64,000 nt of DNA, from positions 101,308,001 to 101,372,000 of the forward strand of contig NC_042998.1 in the NCBI RefSeq assembly GCF_006345805.1, written 5' to 3'. The notes beneath the pieces are model-generated. The model had not been told where the DNA came from and searched no databases. It saw only the letters and a program-made list of their open reading frames with translations. This DNA is from Octopus sinensis (Eukaryota). This document shows, in pieces, positions 1 to 11,968 of the stretch (position 1 is the stretch's first letter; every line of letters begins with the position of its first letter). Both the position numbers and the translations under genes were made by a program.

Positions 1-20
1 AAGTTACACCCCACCACATA

Positions 21-52
<32 letters not shown>

Positions 53-519
53 TCTATATATAATATAGATATAAATATATATATGTTGTCACTATACATA
101 CACCAGAATATCAGCTGAAATGCGTGTTTCTTATCAACGGAGAGGTTAGTGTATGGCTATGCAATCAGAAAACTTAAAATGTGGCATTGATAACCAGAAT
201 TATCTACCCTGGATAAATAGCTGGAATATTGGCGATCACTTTGAAGGGTATGCTTTTGCAACCCTAGAAAAAAACACGAATAAATAAATACATTAACATA
301 ATGGACAAAAAGGATATGAACGCAAATAAAATGCCTATATGTAACAACCGATGCAAACACTGTGAAATTAACTCTGAAATGTTATTGACAACAGAGAAAG
401 AGTTCTGAAAAATTTCCAAATGGGATTATTCGCCTAAAAAGCATGATTCAGTGGTCAAAACACGATGCAATGCGATGTATACTTTCGAAGATCAAAACAA
501 GAACTTACATTAATGTAAA

Positions 520-1070
520 GACCATACTCACCCATAATAATAAAGAATACCGTAATTTCGGGCATTCAAGTCAATTTTTTCAGACCAAAATTTACGGCAA
601 AAAACAAAATAATAATGGTAACTATAAAACGTTGGCCAATTTATATATCAATACGAACTTGGAGACGCAAAATATTCCATGCGAAGGGCAAAAGGATTTT
701 TTGAAAGATATTGACAATGTTTGAATGTTTTACACTACATGTTTATGCTAAAATGTATTACGTCGACTTGTAAGCTGCAGAATACAGTACTATTGAATGT
801 CTGTCAAAATATCTGTAAAATATAAGCATAACCAATCGATGTGGGATAGAGAAGAGAAAGCATGCACGGTAGTATAACTCAGTTGTCAAGCATATGTTAA
901 CACATACTGAAAGATTAAACATGTATGGCCAACTAATGAAAACACACGGGACAATTAGATATGTAGCTGTCTCAGCAACAGTCTTAAGAAGCAGGGTTTC
1001 ACAAAATCAGACTACACACAGTAAATTAAGAATCTACAAGTACGAGCTGTGAATGGAACTCTGATAATAT
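520..1070 (+). mobile_element. Very old RTE-clade LINE relic (RT C-terminal region)
   Basis: Seen: broken translations PIYISIRTW, KDIDNV*MFY, KISVKYK-ITN, RLNMYG. Knowledge: these follow, in order, the RTE motifs PILLYGSETW, KRIDAFEMWFY, KISWxDKITNEEV, RLRWFGH. Inference from weak, frameshifted matches. Confidence 0.35.
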
Positions 1071-1179
1071 TGAAAATATGAGTTTAAATATAAAAGTTTA
1101 ACCTGCTGTATAGAATTATGCACCTATGTACACAAACGCGCGCGCGAGCGAACAAACACACATGTGTGGATATAAATAT

Positions 1180-1435
1180 ATCAATAGAACAGCCTGCTCG
1201 TGAAATTAATGTGCAAGTGGCTGTCACTCTGCAGACCCGCCTCCTCTTAACGTAGTTCTCAGAGAAAGTCAGCGTAACAAAGAGACTAGGCCTTTGAAAT
1301 TCAGATAATACATATATGACTCATTTTTGCCAGTTGAGTGAAGTGGAGTAACATGAAATAAAGTGTCTTGCACAAGGATCGAACTCACGCCTTACATTCA
1401 TGCACTGAATTCGTTAACCACAAAGCTACACAATT
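1180..1435 (-). mobile_element. tRNA-headed SINE relic; 3' module shared with the SINE at 33244
   Basis: Seen: the reverse complement has an A/B-box-like head (TAGCTTTGTGGTT...GAGTTCGATCC). Its 3' module GAGAACTACGTTAAG...AATTTCACGAGCAGGCTGTTC matches 33500-33575. Confidence 0.6.
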
Positions 1436-1694
1436 TCACTATAAATGCATACATACATGCATATATATAGGTATATATATATATATATTTATATGGCTCA
1501 AAAGTAGGTTTGCAGTTATCACGTAGGCACTTTAAATTTCCTTTAAAACATTTTATTACATTTAAATTTCTGTCTTACAATTGATTAAATTAGCATAGAA
1601 TAATGGTTTCATATTTGTTCATAATTAAAATCTAAACTGTTAATATATGAATGTGAAAGAGATAGTTGAATAACTGTAAAACTAGCTTTGGACC

Positions 1695-2048
1695 AGATAT
1701 ATATATATATATATATATATTAATATTATATATATAATAATATTATATATACATCCATCTATACACACACCACACACACAATATATATTATATTATATAT
1801 ATATAATTATATATATATATATATATATATATACATGCATATATATACATACGCATATATATATACATTATATATACATACATATATATATTAATACACA
1901 CACACACAGATATATATAAAAGCTGGGTTTCTGTGTTTCTAGGTTAGAACCCAGCTCTTAATCTAACTAGAATGCGTGTGTATGTATCTGTATGTGTGTG
2001 TGAGTGTGTGTGTGCGTGTGTGTGTGTGTGTGTGTGTGAGTGTGTGTG

Positions 2049-2090
<42 letters not shown>
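1695..2090. repeat. Compound (TA)n/(CA)n/(TG)n microsatellite field
   Basis: Seen directly. Similar fields recur throughout the window, e.g. 6125-6420, 28225-28950, 29480-30510, 31225-32230, 44350-45000, 53480-54330. Confidence 0.95.
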
Positions 2091-2339
2091 CATGCCTGTA
2101 CATCTACGTTTATATCGTGTATACTTTCATACATTCATTCATTTTCAATACCGAAACACCTACATTCAATCATACACATTCGTTCATAAAAACACACATT
2201 CATTCAGCCACATATAGTAATGTACACATATGCATACATACACCAATCATATATATTTCATTCACACACACTATCACACCTACACACGCTTCTATTTATG
2301 TTATATTAATGACAACTTGAGGTGTAAACATTTTTACTT

Positions 2340-3047
2340 CTTACACGTATATTTCACCCCATTCTCCGCCCTTAGCAGCAGCAGCAACAGCAGCACCGCC
2401 GGCAGTCAACACCATCATAAAAACACGCTACCAGCATTTCTAGCATTATTATGATATCGTCAGCGTCTAAAGAGTCACGTCTTCTAGCCCACATCTCACC
2501 TTCTTCTCCGTCTCATCCATTTATCATAAATGTGTCAGTATAGATATGAAGCTTAGTGTCTATGAGTAATGAAGATTTCCTCTTTTTGTTGATAAACAAA
2601 TATACTGTCCAATGACTTGTCCGTCACTAACTAACACCACTGCCGCCTCCATCGCTAAACACGACGACTATCACAATCACCACCACCACCACCACCACCA
2701 CCACCACCACCATCGCCGCCGCCGCCGCTACCACCACCACCACCACCACCACCACCACCACCACCACCATCTTCGTCATGATTACATCCAACACCTTAAC
2801 TAACTATATTACCATCATTGATATCAATAACACTGTGATCAACCTCTACACTGACAACATCACTACCACCACCACCACCACCACCACCACCATCACCACC
2901 ATCACTACGACGACGACAACCACCATCACCACCACCACCACCACCGTCAAAATCATCCACAACAACAACAATTGCATCATTCCACTTTCTTGCAATAACG
3001 CCACCACAACTGTTGCATCATCATCATCATCACCATCGTCATCATCG

Positions 3048-3083
<36 letters not shown>

Positions 3084-3116
3084 CCATCGTCATCCTCGTC
3101 ATCATCATTATCAGCG

Positions 3117-3157
<41 letters not shown>

Positions 3158-3960
3158 GTCACCGTCTTCGTCATAAACCACCATCATCATCATCATCGTA
3201 ATCAGCTTAGTCACACCATCCTTTTTACGTTGGAATTGTTATTCTTGCTGTAGATCTTCATATATGGCTTCTCCCGCCCCCGTCTTCCTCTTCATTCCTC
3301 CTTTTTCCTCACCTCTTCTCCCCCCTCACCTTGCTCTCATCCGCTCCCTACCTCCCTATCCAGTACTACTCCTCTCTTTTCTCCCTATTCTCCTCCCCTT
3401 TCCCCTCTTTCCTTACTCTACCTGCTTCCTCCTCCCCTCACCCTCATTCTATGAATCCTTCAATTACTTATTTCTTCCACTTTGTCTCTTTTCATTTCCT
3501 TTTTGCTTCAAGACGAAATTTATTTCATTTTTGTTCTTTGTTCTTCATTCACGCTGTTGTTGTTGCTACTGTTTGTTTCTATTTTTTAATTTAATTTTCC
3601 TCTTTCCTTCTATTTTTGCCCTCTTCTTCTTCTTCTTCTTCTTCTTCTCCCCCTCCTCTTTCTTCTTTTTCTTCGTCGTCGTCATCGTCGTCATCGTCAT
3701 CATCATCATCATCATCAACGCTATAACCACCATCACCACCACAACCATCACCAGCATCGTGTTCATCATCATCAGCACCGCCACTACAATCAACACTAGC
3801 AACTACCACCATCAACATCAACATCAACATCATCATCACCATTACCATTACCATTACCATTACCATTACCATTACCATTACCGTCATGCTACCACCACCA
3901 CCACCACCCTCCCCCTCCTCCTCATCATCACCACCATCATCATCATCATCATCATCATAA
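2340..3960. repeat. Mosaic trinucleotide low-complexity tract (CAC/CAT/ACC/CTT/AGC, CATTAC)
   Basis: Seen: successive (CAC)n, (ACC)n, (CAT)n, CT-rich, (CTT)n and (CATTAC)n blocks. These explain the poly-His/Thr/Ser/Asp ORFs. Confidence 0.9.
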
Positions 3961-4427
3961 TCCCTACTTCCACCACCATCCAGGTTGGTTTACTTGACAT
4001 TTCAGTGTGGAGGAGAAACACCCAGATGAAGTAATTTAAGCGAATATCTTGATGAGACGAGATAAGATAACCGATAATGTTATCGACTTATAGACGTGTA
4101 TGTGTGGCGTAAGAGAGACTATGTGTACACAGAGCACACGAAGCGAGATGAGAACGAGATAGGGAGAGAAGATAGGAGAGATGGACTGACACAGATAAGA
4201 GGATAAAAAGTGCAACAGGGAAGGAAGAGAAAAAGACAGAGAGAAAGAAATGGCCTGCATAGTAACATACTAAGGGGAATTGTAAGTTGACAGATAAGAT
4301 AGACAGACAGACAGACAGACAAGCAGTTAGAGAGATAGAGAGAGATGATTTAAGAGAGGAATGCTACGAGAAAGAAATGGAGGGCAAATTGATCGTGTGA
4401 GTGTGTGTATACATACATACAAAATAA

Positions 4428-4462
<35 letters not shown>

Positions 4463-4705
4463 AACACACACATTTTACTCTTTTAGTCTTTCATTTGTTT
4501 CATGTATACATTGATGTATGGCGACATACTACACCTATACATACATAATACATAATATATACATACACATATACATACATATATACATACATATATACAT
4601 ACATACGTATATAATACATATATATATAATATATATATATACATACATACATATATACATACATATACATAAATATACATATATATATAATTATATATAT
4701 ATATA

Positions 4706-5100
4706 CAGGAGTGGCTGTGTGGTAAGTAGCTTGTTTACCAACCACATGGTTCCGGGTTCAGTCCCACTGCGTGACACCTTGGGCAAGTGTCTTCTACTAT
4801 AGCCTCGGGGCGACCAAAACCCTGTGAGTGGATTTGGTAGACGGAAACTGAAAGAAGCCCGTCGTATATATGTATATATATATGAGTGTATGTGTGTCTG
4901 TGTTTGTCCCCCTAGCATTGCTTGACAACCGATGCTGGGTGTTTATGTCCCCGTTACTTAGCAGTTCGGCAAAAGAGACCGATAGAATAAGTATGGGCTT
5001 ACAAAAGAATAAGTCCCGGGATCGAATTGCTCGATTAAAGGCGGTGCTCCAGCATGGCCGCAGTCAAATGACTGAAACAAGTAAAAGAGTAAAAAGAGTA
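4706..5100 (+). mobile_element. SINE family A, full length (tRNA head, body, internal TA/TG linker, 3' module, LINE-like tail)
   Basis: Seen: A-box TGGCTGTGTGGT, B-box GGTTCAGTCCC, tail GGCGGTGCTCCAGCATGGCCGCAGTCAAATGACTGAAACAAGT(AAAAGAGT)2. Flanked by (TA)n, with many other copies in the window. Confidence 0.9.
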
Positions 5101-5194
5101 TACATATATACATATATATATAATTATATATATATATACATATATATATATATACATACATATATGTATTATTTAGAAGCCTAGTACTTATCCG

Positions 5195-5261
5195 ATCGGT
5201 TGTCAAGCGATGGCGGGTGGGGGGACAAACACAGACACCAATATATATACATATAAATATG

Positions 5262-5306
<45 letters not shown>

Positions 5307-5495
5307 GCAAACATACGCTCAAACATACACACAGAACACACAGAGACACACGCGCACACACACAACTATATATATACGACGGGCTTCTTTCAGTTTCCAT
5401 CTACCAAATTCACTTACAAGGCTTTCGTCAGCCCGAGGCTAAAATAGAAGACACTTGCTCAAGGTGCCACGCAGTGGGAATGTACACTGAGACGT
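5195..5495 (-). mobile_element. SINE family A, partial, with expanded internal microsatellite
   Basis: Seen: reverse-complement match to 4755-4935 (ACGACGGGCTTCTTTCAGTTTCC...GACACTTGCTCAAGGTG). Confidence 0.85.
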
Positions 5496-5649
5496 GTATA
5501 TGTATATACATATGTATATATGCATTTATATATGTATATATATATGTATATATATATATGTATATATATATTTATATATATGTATATATGTATGTACGCA
5601 TATGCATGTATGTATGCATGTATATATGCATATATATATTATTATTTCA

Positions 5650-5865
5650 TTGAACGCCTCCAAAATGTAACCACATGTGAATCGTTGTGGATTTTCCTCA
5701 TTCGTCTTCCTTTCTATTGGACTTTCCTATGTTTCTGAAGAAGAGCGTTGCTCGAAACGTTAAACTATATTTCTTTCCTTCCTTGAGAACCTGCTAATAC
5801 TTTACATGTATCACGTCGTCGCATTATCGTTTATTTTTGTGCTTGTTTTACCGTTTTTAGGATTT
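5650..5865 (+). mobile_element. Short non-coding Penelope-like element (family H1) carrying a hammerhead motif
   Basis: Seen: similar to 18270-18445, 16945-17110(-) and 61270-61440(-); ends in (TA)n. Penelope affinity is inferred from the minimal hammerhead type. Confidence 0.6.
5731..5765 (+). ncRNA. Minimal type I hammerhead ribozyme motif
   Basis: Seen: GTTT-CTGAAGA-A-GAGC gtt GCTC-GAAA-CG-TT-AAAC. This gives stem I GTTT/AAAC, an intact core, stem II GAGC/GCTC, palindromic stem III ACGT and a GUU cleavage triplet. Confidence 0.75.
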
Positions 5866-5983
5866 ACTATATATATATGCAAGTACACATTTCAGTTATA
5901 TGTACGTACACATTTCACTAAATTTTATATACATACATATATATATATATATATAACTTAAAATTGAATAGAAGATCTGAATA

Positions 5984-6029
5984 CCACCTGATGAATGTCC
6001 TTAGAAGAGACACGAAACAATTGTAGTGG
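5984..6029 (+). ncRNA. Minimal type I hammerhead ribozyme motif (family H2) in a ~170-bp island between (TA)n runs
   Basis: Seen: CCAC-CTGATGA-aTGTC cttagaaga GACAc-GAAA-CAATTG-TA-GTGG. Stem III is the palindrome ACAATTGT, the triplet is GUA, and there is an A.C mismatch at the base of stem II. Confidence 0.7.
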
Positions 6030-6127
6030 CGAATTTAATTTTATTTAATTTATATAAAATTTTTTATGTATTGGATTAAGTCTTTCTTTGTTTGATTTGC
6101 ATAATATGTGGTTTTGTCCTAATTAAT

Positions 6128-6176
<49 letters not shown>

Positions 6177-6243
6177 TTTATATATAGATGGGCATTATAC
6201 ATACATGCCAGAAGGCATTATACATACATGCCACACGCTATAT

Positions 6244-6285
<42 letters not shown>

Positions 6286-6578
6286 CTATATATATATATA
6301 AATATACATATATTAACTATACATATATATATATATACATATATATATATATGATATAAACGTATGCCATATATATATATATATAATATATATATATATA
6401 TATAGGATTTAAACGTATGCATGTATATAATAGTTGAAGTTTACAGAAAAACAAAAGATGGATGAAGGTATACGAACAACAAGCAGGTGTAATAGTTTGA
6501 CATATGGGGAAGTGAGGAAGTCTTACTTTTCGATATATAAATGTGTGTGTATATATATATATATGCATACACACACAT

Positions 6579-6615
<37 letters not shown>

Positions 6616-7229
6616 CGTATTCTATCTATCTATCTATAATGTATAAAATGTTTTATGCACCAAGGGTCCTTGACAGGACTCCTTACATGCTAGAAATGGC
6701 AGTTAAAACGAAACAACGAAAAAAAGTATCCATGAGGCACGCTGTTATAATAGATTCATATTTACGATACACACACACACACAATTTTATATTATTCCAC
6801 TTCTGCGCTTCTCGCCCTCAGACACACTAATTCATTTCCTACATACGTTTATGTCTCTTTTAAGTTGGGAATGCTTTGCGCGCTTGTACGCTCGTGCGTG
6901 TGTCTGTATTAATAACGAGTAATACTTTACGGATGGAGATTTTATATTTTCCTTACTGCATTGCTGCAAATGTTTCGGCATAATATCTATTTTTATGGGA
7001 CCCCTCACCAGATTCATGAGACATTATTAAATATATTATTTATAATATCCATGGACCCTGTGGAAGCCCGAGATTATTTTACGTAGCCAGCAACAAGTAG
7101 CATACGAGCTTTTATGAACGCACTTGTAGACATCTGCTATTTACAAAATATAAATATATATATGTATATATAGAGGCAAATCGAAAATATAAGTAAACAC
7201 TAGCAAAATATGCGAAAAGGGCATACACA

Positions 7230-7420
7230 GTGAATGTCTTAGGTTGACGCTAAGTTTAAGATGTCTGAAATAGTGGGAGGTGAGGTATTGAGCATGGTAC
7301 TTCGTCAGAAAGGGGAGAGGGGAGAGGTCCGAAGAGAGGGCAAAAAGTCTAAGAAAAGCACGGCTGAATTGACCGGAAATGGACAGAAATAAAGTTGTTT
7401 TTGAAGGCAGGAGAGTCCGG
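7230..7420 (-). mobile_element. Decayed H1-like/Penelope 3' relic
   Basis: Seen on the minus strand: ccttt CTGACGA A GTAC cat GCTC AATA CC TC, a degenerate version of the 5731 motif. Confidence 0.3.
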
Positions 7421-7434
7421 AAATGGCCAGTGTA

Positions 7435-7489
<55 letters not shown>

Positions 7490-7629
7490 TAGTATCTTTG
7501 TACGTGTGTGTTTGTATTTATGTGAGTGATATGAGTGTAGGGTGTGATGCTGTCTTCCATAAATGTAAATGTAAATGTTTTCCCAGACAAAATTGCCCTT
7601 CAAGTTTGAAGCTTCGATGGAGCTAAAAG

Positions 7630-8045
7630 GTGATAAATATCCTCATCATAGTCTTTATCATCATTTTTCCATGGTGGAAAGCTAGACGATTTGACTTGAA
7701 CCGGTAAGCCAGAGAGCTGTACCAACCTCAACTTGTCTGTCTGGCATAGTTTCTACGGCTGGATGCCAATCCTAACGCCAACCAGCCCAAGCGTGTAGTG
7801 GATTCCTTTTACGTGTCACCGGCACAGGTGCCTTTTACGCGTCACCGGCACTACCTACAACTACGATTTCACTTGGTTTGACTAACCTTCTCAAGCACAA
7901 GTAATTGCTAAGTCTCGATCACTTGTCATTGCCTCCATGAGACCCAGCATCCGAAGATCATGCTTCACTATTTTGTCCCATGTCATCCTGGATCTACCTC
8001 TTCCACAAGTTCTCTTCTCAGTTAGAGATCGGCGTGTGCTGTGTC
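7630..8045 (-). mobile_element. RTE-clade LINE 3' end (RT C-terminus plus 3' UTR)
   Basis: Seen: minus-strand translation RTCGRGRSRMTWDKIVKHDLRMLGLMEAMTSDRD. The 3' UTR contains GGCATCCAGCCGTAGAAAC and ends in ATG/GAT-like repeats. Knowledge: typical RTE C-terminus and tail. Confidence 0.75.
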
Positions 8046-9165
8046 AAGTTACGTGAGTAAATCAATTTTCGGGTATTGCATTTAAGTGAAAGGTATGAAA
8101 CGTTCGATTCTTGAGTCACTTCTGTAACTTATAAGCGGAAAAAGAAATTAGACTTGTGTGCTAAGAAGTATTCCTTCTCTTTTTGTTAGTAAATATACAT
8201 ACATACATGCATACATACATATATATTCATACAAGTGCACACATACATATGAACTACAGCAGAGAAAATGAAAGAGAGAGGGAGAGAGAGAATGTGAGAG
8301 AAAGAGAGAGAGAAGTGAACGGGTGAGACAGTGAGAGAAAGGAGTGAGTAGGTGAGGGAGTGGAGGAGAATGAGAAAGGAGTGATCGGTGATACAGTGAG
8401 AGAGAGAGAGAGACGAATGAGTGGGTGACCGAAAGAGAGATAGAGAGAGGGAGAGAGTGGTTGAGAGAGAAATATGAATGAAAGATTGAGAGAAGTGATT
8501 TGATAGAAATTAATATAGAGCTAGTGAGAGACTAAAACAACCGAGAGAAAAAAGCAAATACGTAAAGAACTATCTCCCTCGGCTACTCTCTGTATGTGTG
8601 TGGTGTATCTATGCGTTTACAGTAAAATCTAATGAAGTGGTAATATGTAGCATTGTATAAGGCTGCGAGCTGGTACAATCGTAGTTATCTCGCAAAATGC
8701 TTAGGCAAGGTTCCAGCTATGTTGTTTGCATAAAATATGAACACAAATGGTTTAAAGGCTCACTACAGCAGTTGCAGTCGCATTTTTTATTGATGAATAA
8801 TTTAATTACATCATGAAGAAACTGTTTTCTTCCGGTGAATTAAGAATTTAAAATTTGGCTCAGAGGAAACAAATATACAAGATGTGTAATGATGATTGAC
8901 CCTCCCATTAAGGCATCATTAAAGAGAGCAAAAATACATTGGGAATTAGCCAGATATAACCGGCTAAGGTGTCAGAAGTCAATAGGTCATAAACCAATCA
9001 TCGGACAGTGTCACAGCTAATCTATTTCTTTTAATGGGACTAGATAGATAACAAGAGATAAAAGATGAGAGAAAGAAAGAAATAGGGAAGAGAGGCTAGA
9101 ATAAGGGTTAACAGCATACTATTGTCAAGACAGATATCTTAGCAACAAAATTATTACTTAATAAT

Positions 9166-9670
9166 AGATCTCTGAGCGAGATGTAAACAGTAGCAGCACG
9201 AAATCGTGAAGTATATTTGCCACCTAAATGAGACTGACCTATAGGGGACGATGCTACTGTTGTTTATAGCCCGAGGGAGAAATCTCTTCCAGCTGGCTAA
9301 TGACACACTGTCTTTGTCCGATCGTAAGGCTCGTGATGGGAACGATTTCGTGCTGCTACTGTTTAAATTTCGCTCAGAGATGTATTATTGTTTGTTTCTA
9401 CTTTTTCGAGATCAGCATATAGCATTTTGCATTTGGAAGCAGTTCTCATCGCTAGCTGGTGATTGTCACACGCTGACGACGGGTTACTATTCAGAAACCC
9501 GGATCCGGGTGTATCACGTAAGGTTAGAGATGAGAACGATCATTTCCCTTCGCAAATACTAATCGGACACAGAGGACATGTCTTCCTGGGGCTATAAACA
9601 ACAGTAGCATCGTCCCCTAGGGGTCAGCCACATTTAGGTGGCAAATATACTTCAAAATGATTACTGCTTA
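9166..9670 (+). mobile_element. Penelope-like pseudo-LTR relic with interlocked inverted segments and a decayed hammerhead
   Basis: Seen: 9166-9208 is the reverse complement of 9342-9383, and 9209-9275 is the reverse complement of 9582-9654. At 9468-9512: ACAC g CTGACGA CGGGTT..AACCCG gat CCGG GTGT. Confidence 0.5.
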
Positions 9671-9829
9671 CCCAGAAACAATCAAAACGGGTACGTCCTT
9701 GATAACACATTCTTATATACAATCTACTAGTCGTACTTACATGCATTTATTCACGCACGCAAATATAAAAAAAATATATTGACACTTATATAAACGTCTA
9801 GTAATCTATGTTTTATTTATTTGTATATT

Positions 9830-9997
9830 CTTTTACTTCTTTCAGTCATTTGACTACGGCCATGCTGGAGCACCGCCTTTAATCGAACAAATCGACCCTA
9901 GGACTTATTCTTTGTGAACCGCTACGTTATGGGGACGTAAACACAACAACATCGGTTGTCAAGCGATGATAGGGGGGGACAAACAGACACAAACATA
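9830..9997 (-). mobile_element. SINE family A 3' half
   Basis: Seen: reverse-complement match to 4890-5090, including the tail hairpin. Confidence 0.85.
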
Positions 9998-10690
9998 TAC
10001 ACATACATACATACATACATACATACATAAATACATACATACATACATAAATACATACATAAATACACACACACACACACACATATATGTATATATATTT
10101 TGCTTTATTTATTTAAAAAATTTATTTTATCTAGTTTCAGCTCAGTTCTGTCTGTCTGTGTGTGTGTCTTCTAGGATCTCCGGCATCCTCCATCTGATTG
10201 TGCTCAAATTTGATATGTAGATACCGACGGTATCAGTGCGTGTATAAGTCTTGAAAAAATTACAAAAATCGATTCCAGGTGAGAATGCGATCGATAAAGG
10301 CGTTTTTATCCTGCTTTTCTTCCGTCAACCTGTACATAACTGCACCTTCCATTTTTTGTTGTTTTTGTACTGCTTAAAGGCACGTTTCTTTCCTGCCAAG
10401 CTTACTGTTTAAACCATGTTTGTGTTCTCCCAGTCAACAGCCTTATCATTACTGGTACATTAAACTCTTCGGTTGCATATTTGTGTGAATATAATCGTTT
10501 TTCTTTAGAATAGTAAAAAAAAGTCTATCTTTATTTCTTCTTTTGCTGGGGTATCAAATTTAGGTTAAATCAGTGTTTCTCAAGGGAGCGGACAAGTTGT
10601 TTTGAGAAAATTTGGTTTAAAGGTTTGACAACTCAGCACCGTCCATTGAACGGGGAGCGTTTTGCACGTATATATTTATATATATATATA

Positions 10691-10848
10691 TACGACGGAC
10701 TTCTTTCAGCTTCCGTCTACCAAATCCACTCACAAGGCTTCGGTTGGCCCGAGGATATAGTAAAAGACACTGGCTCAAGGTACAACTCAGTGGGACTGAA
10801 CTCGGAGGCATGTGGTTGGTAAGCAAGCTACTTACCACCCAGCCATAC
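10691..10848 (-). mobile_element. SINE family A 5' half
   Basis: Seen: reverse-complement match to 4706-4865. Confidence 0.85.
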
Positions 10849-11690
10849 TTTATATCGTATTATGTTGTTGAGTCGGGTGCGTCAATGTCGGATTGTGCAT
10901 AGATAGATACGAACTGTGTGAATATGCATGTAAGTACATATCTAAACTTACACTACTTTTTGCGGATATGTGGACGAGTATGGATATATACATACGTGGG
11001 TAAGTGTGGAAATGATAACTATATATTTACAGATCTATGAGTATCTGTGAGCGAGCGTGTGTGCGCACGATTGTGTACGTACACACGGCTGTATGTTGCT
11101 AACCAAGATCCTGACTTCTCTCACCATTCGTGCAATTTAAACAAATTATCACAGCTAACTTAGAAATTTCTCTGATCTGACAGCTTATGTAATTAATAAT
11201 TCATGTGGTGCAAATAGAATAGCGGGACTATATACAATAATATATCTATCCTTTCTTAATATGTGGCAGATACGATCGTGAATATCTGATTAATGTTGTT
11301 TTTCATCGGAGAGCACCTCCCCCATTTGATATGTCTTTATAACACACGCTATTCACAGATGTAAAGGAATTTTGCGACGCCATGGAGTTTCGAACTCATA
11401 GTGCACCTACTCAATCAAAGACAACCCGCCGGACTGAAGATTTTGATAAAAGGATAGGCTCTTATATATATATAGAGAGAGCAGATTATTTGCTGATGCT
11501 TGCTGATGTCTGCCAAACAGATAATAATTCATGTGGTGCATACAGAATAGTATCTATTCTTACAGGCTTAGATAGTTAAGCTTCCTTTATTCCATATATA
11601 TATATATATATATATATAATATCCATATGTTATAAAACACTCACACACACACAACACACACACACACACATGCACAGACACACATAAATA

Positions 11691-11832
11691 AGAAGCTTGC
11701 TTCTCAACCACATGGTTCCAGGTTCAGTTCCACTGCGTAGCGCTTTGGGCAGGTGTTTGCTATTATAACCTCAAACGGACCAAATCCTTGTGAGTGGATC
11801 TGGAAGACGGAAACTGAAAGAAGCCTGTCGCA
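11691..11832 (+). mobile_element. SINE family A 5' half
   Basis: Seen: CCACATGGTTCCAGGTTCAGTTCCACTGCG...GACGGAAACTGAAAGAAGCC. Confidence 0.8.
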
Positions 11833-11844
11833 TATGTATGTTTA

Positions 11845-11881
<37 letters not shown>

Positions 11882-11968
11882 CAATAATACAGTGATTGTT
11901 TCTTGTCAGGAACAAAACGATTAATAGGATTGCTATAGAAGTGCTCTATTGAAAGAGACAAATATATC

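Noticed and set aside
2420-2470. Minus-strand CTGACGA...GAAA...TA
   Set aside because: Stems I-III do not pair.
10221-10278. Possible 58-nt exon (TDGISACISLEKITKIDS, donor CAG|GTGAGA); similar lone donors at about 47258 and 53286
   Set aside because: Acceptors are weak, no protein is recognisable and there is no consistent exon chain; such sites are expected by chance in 64 kb.
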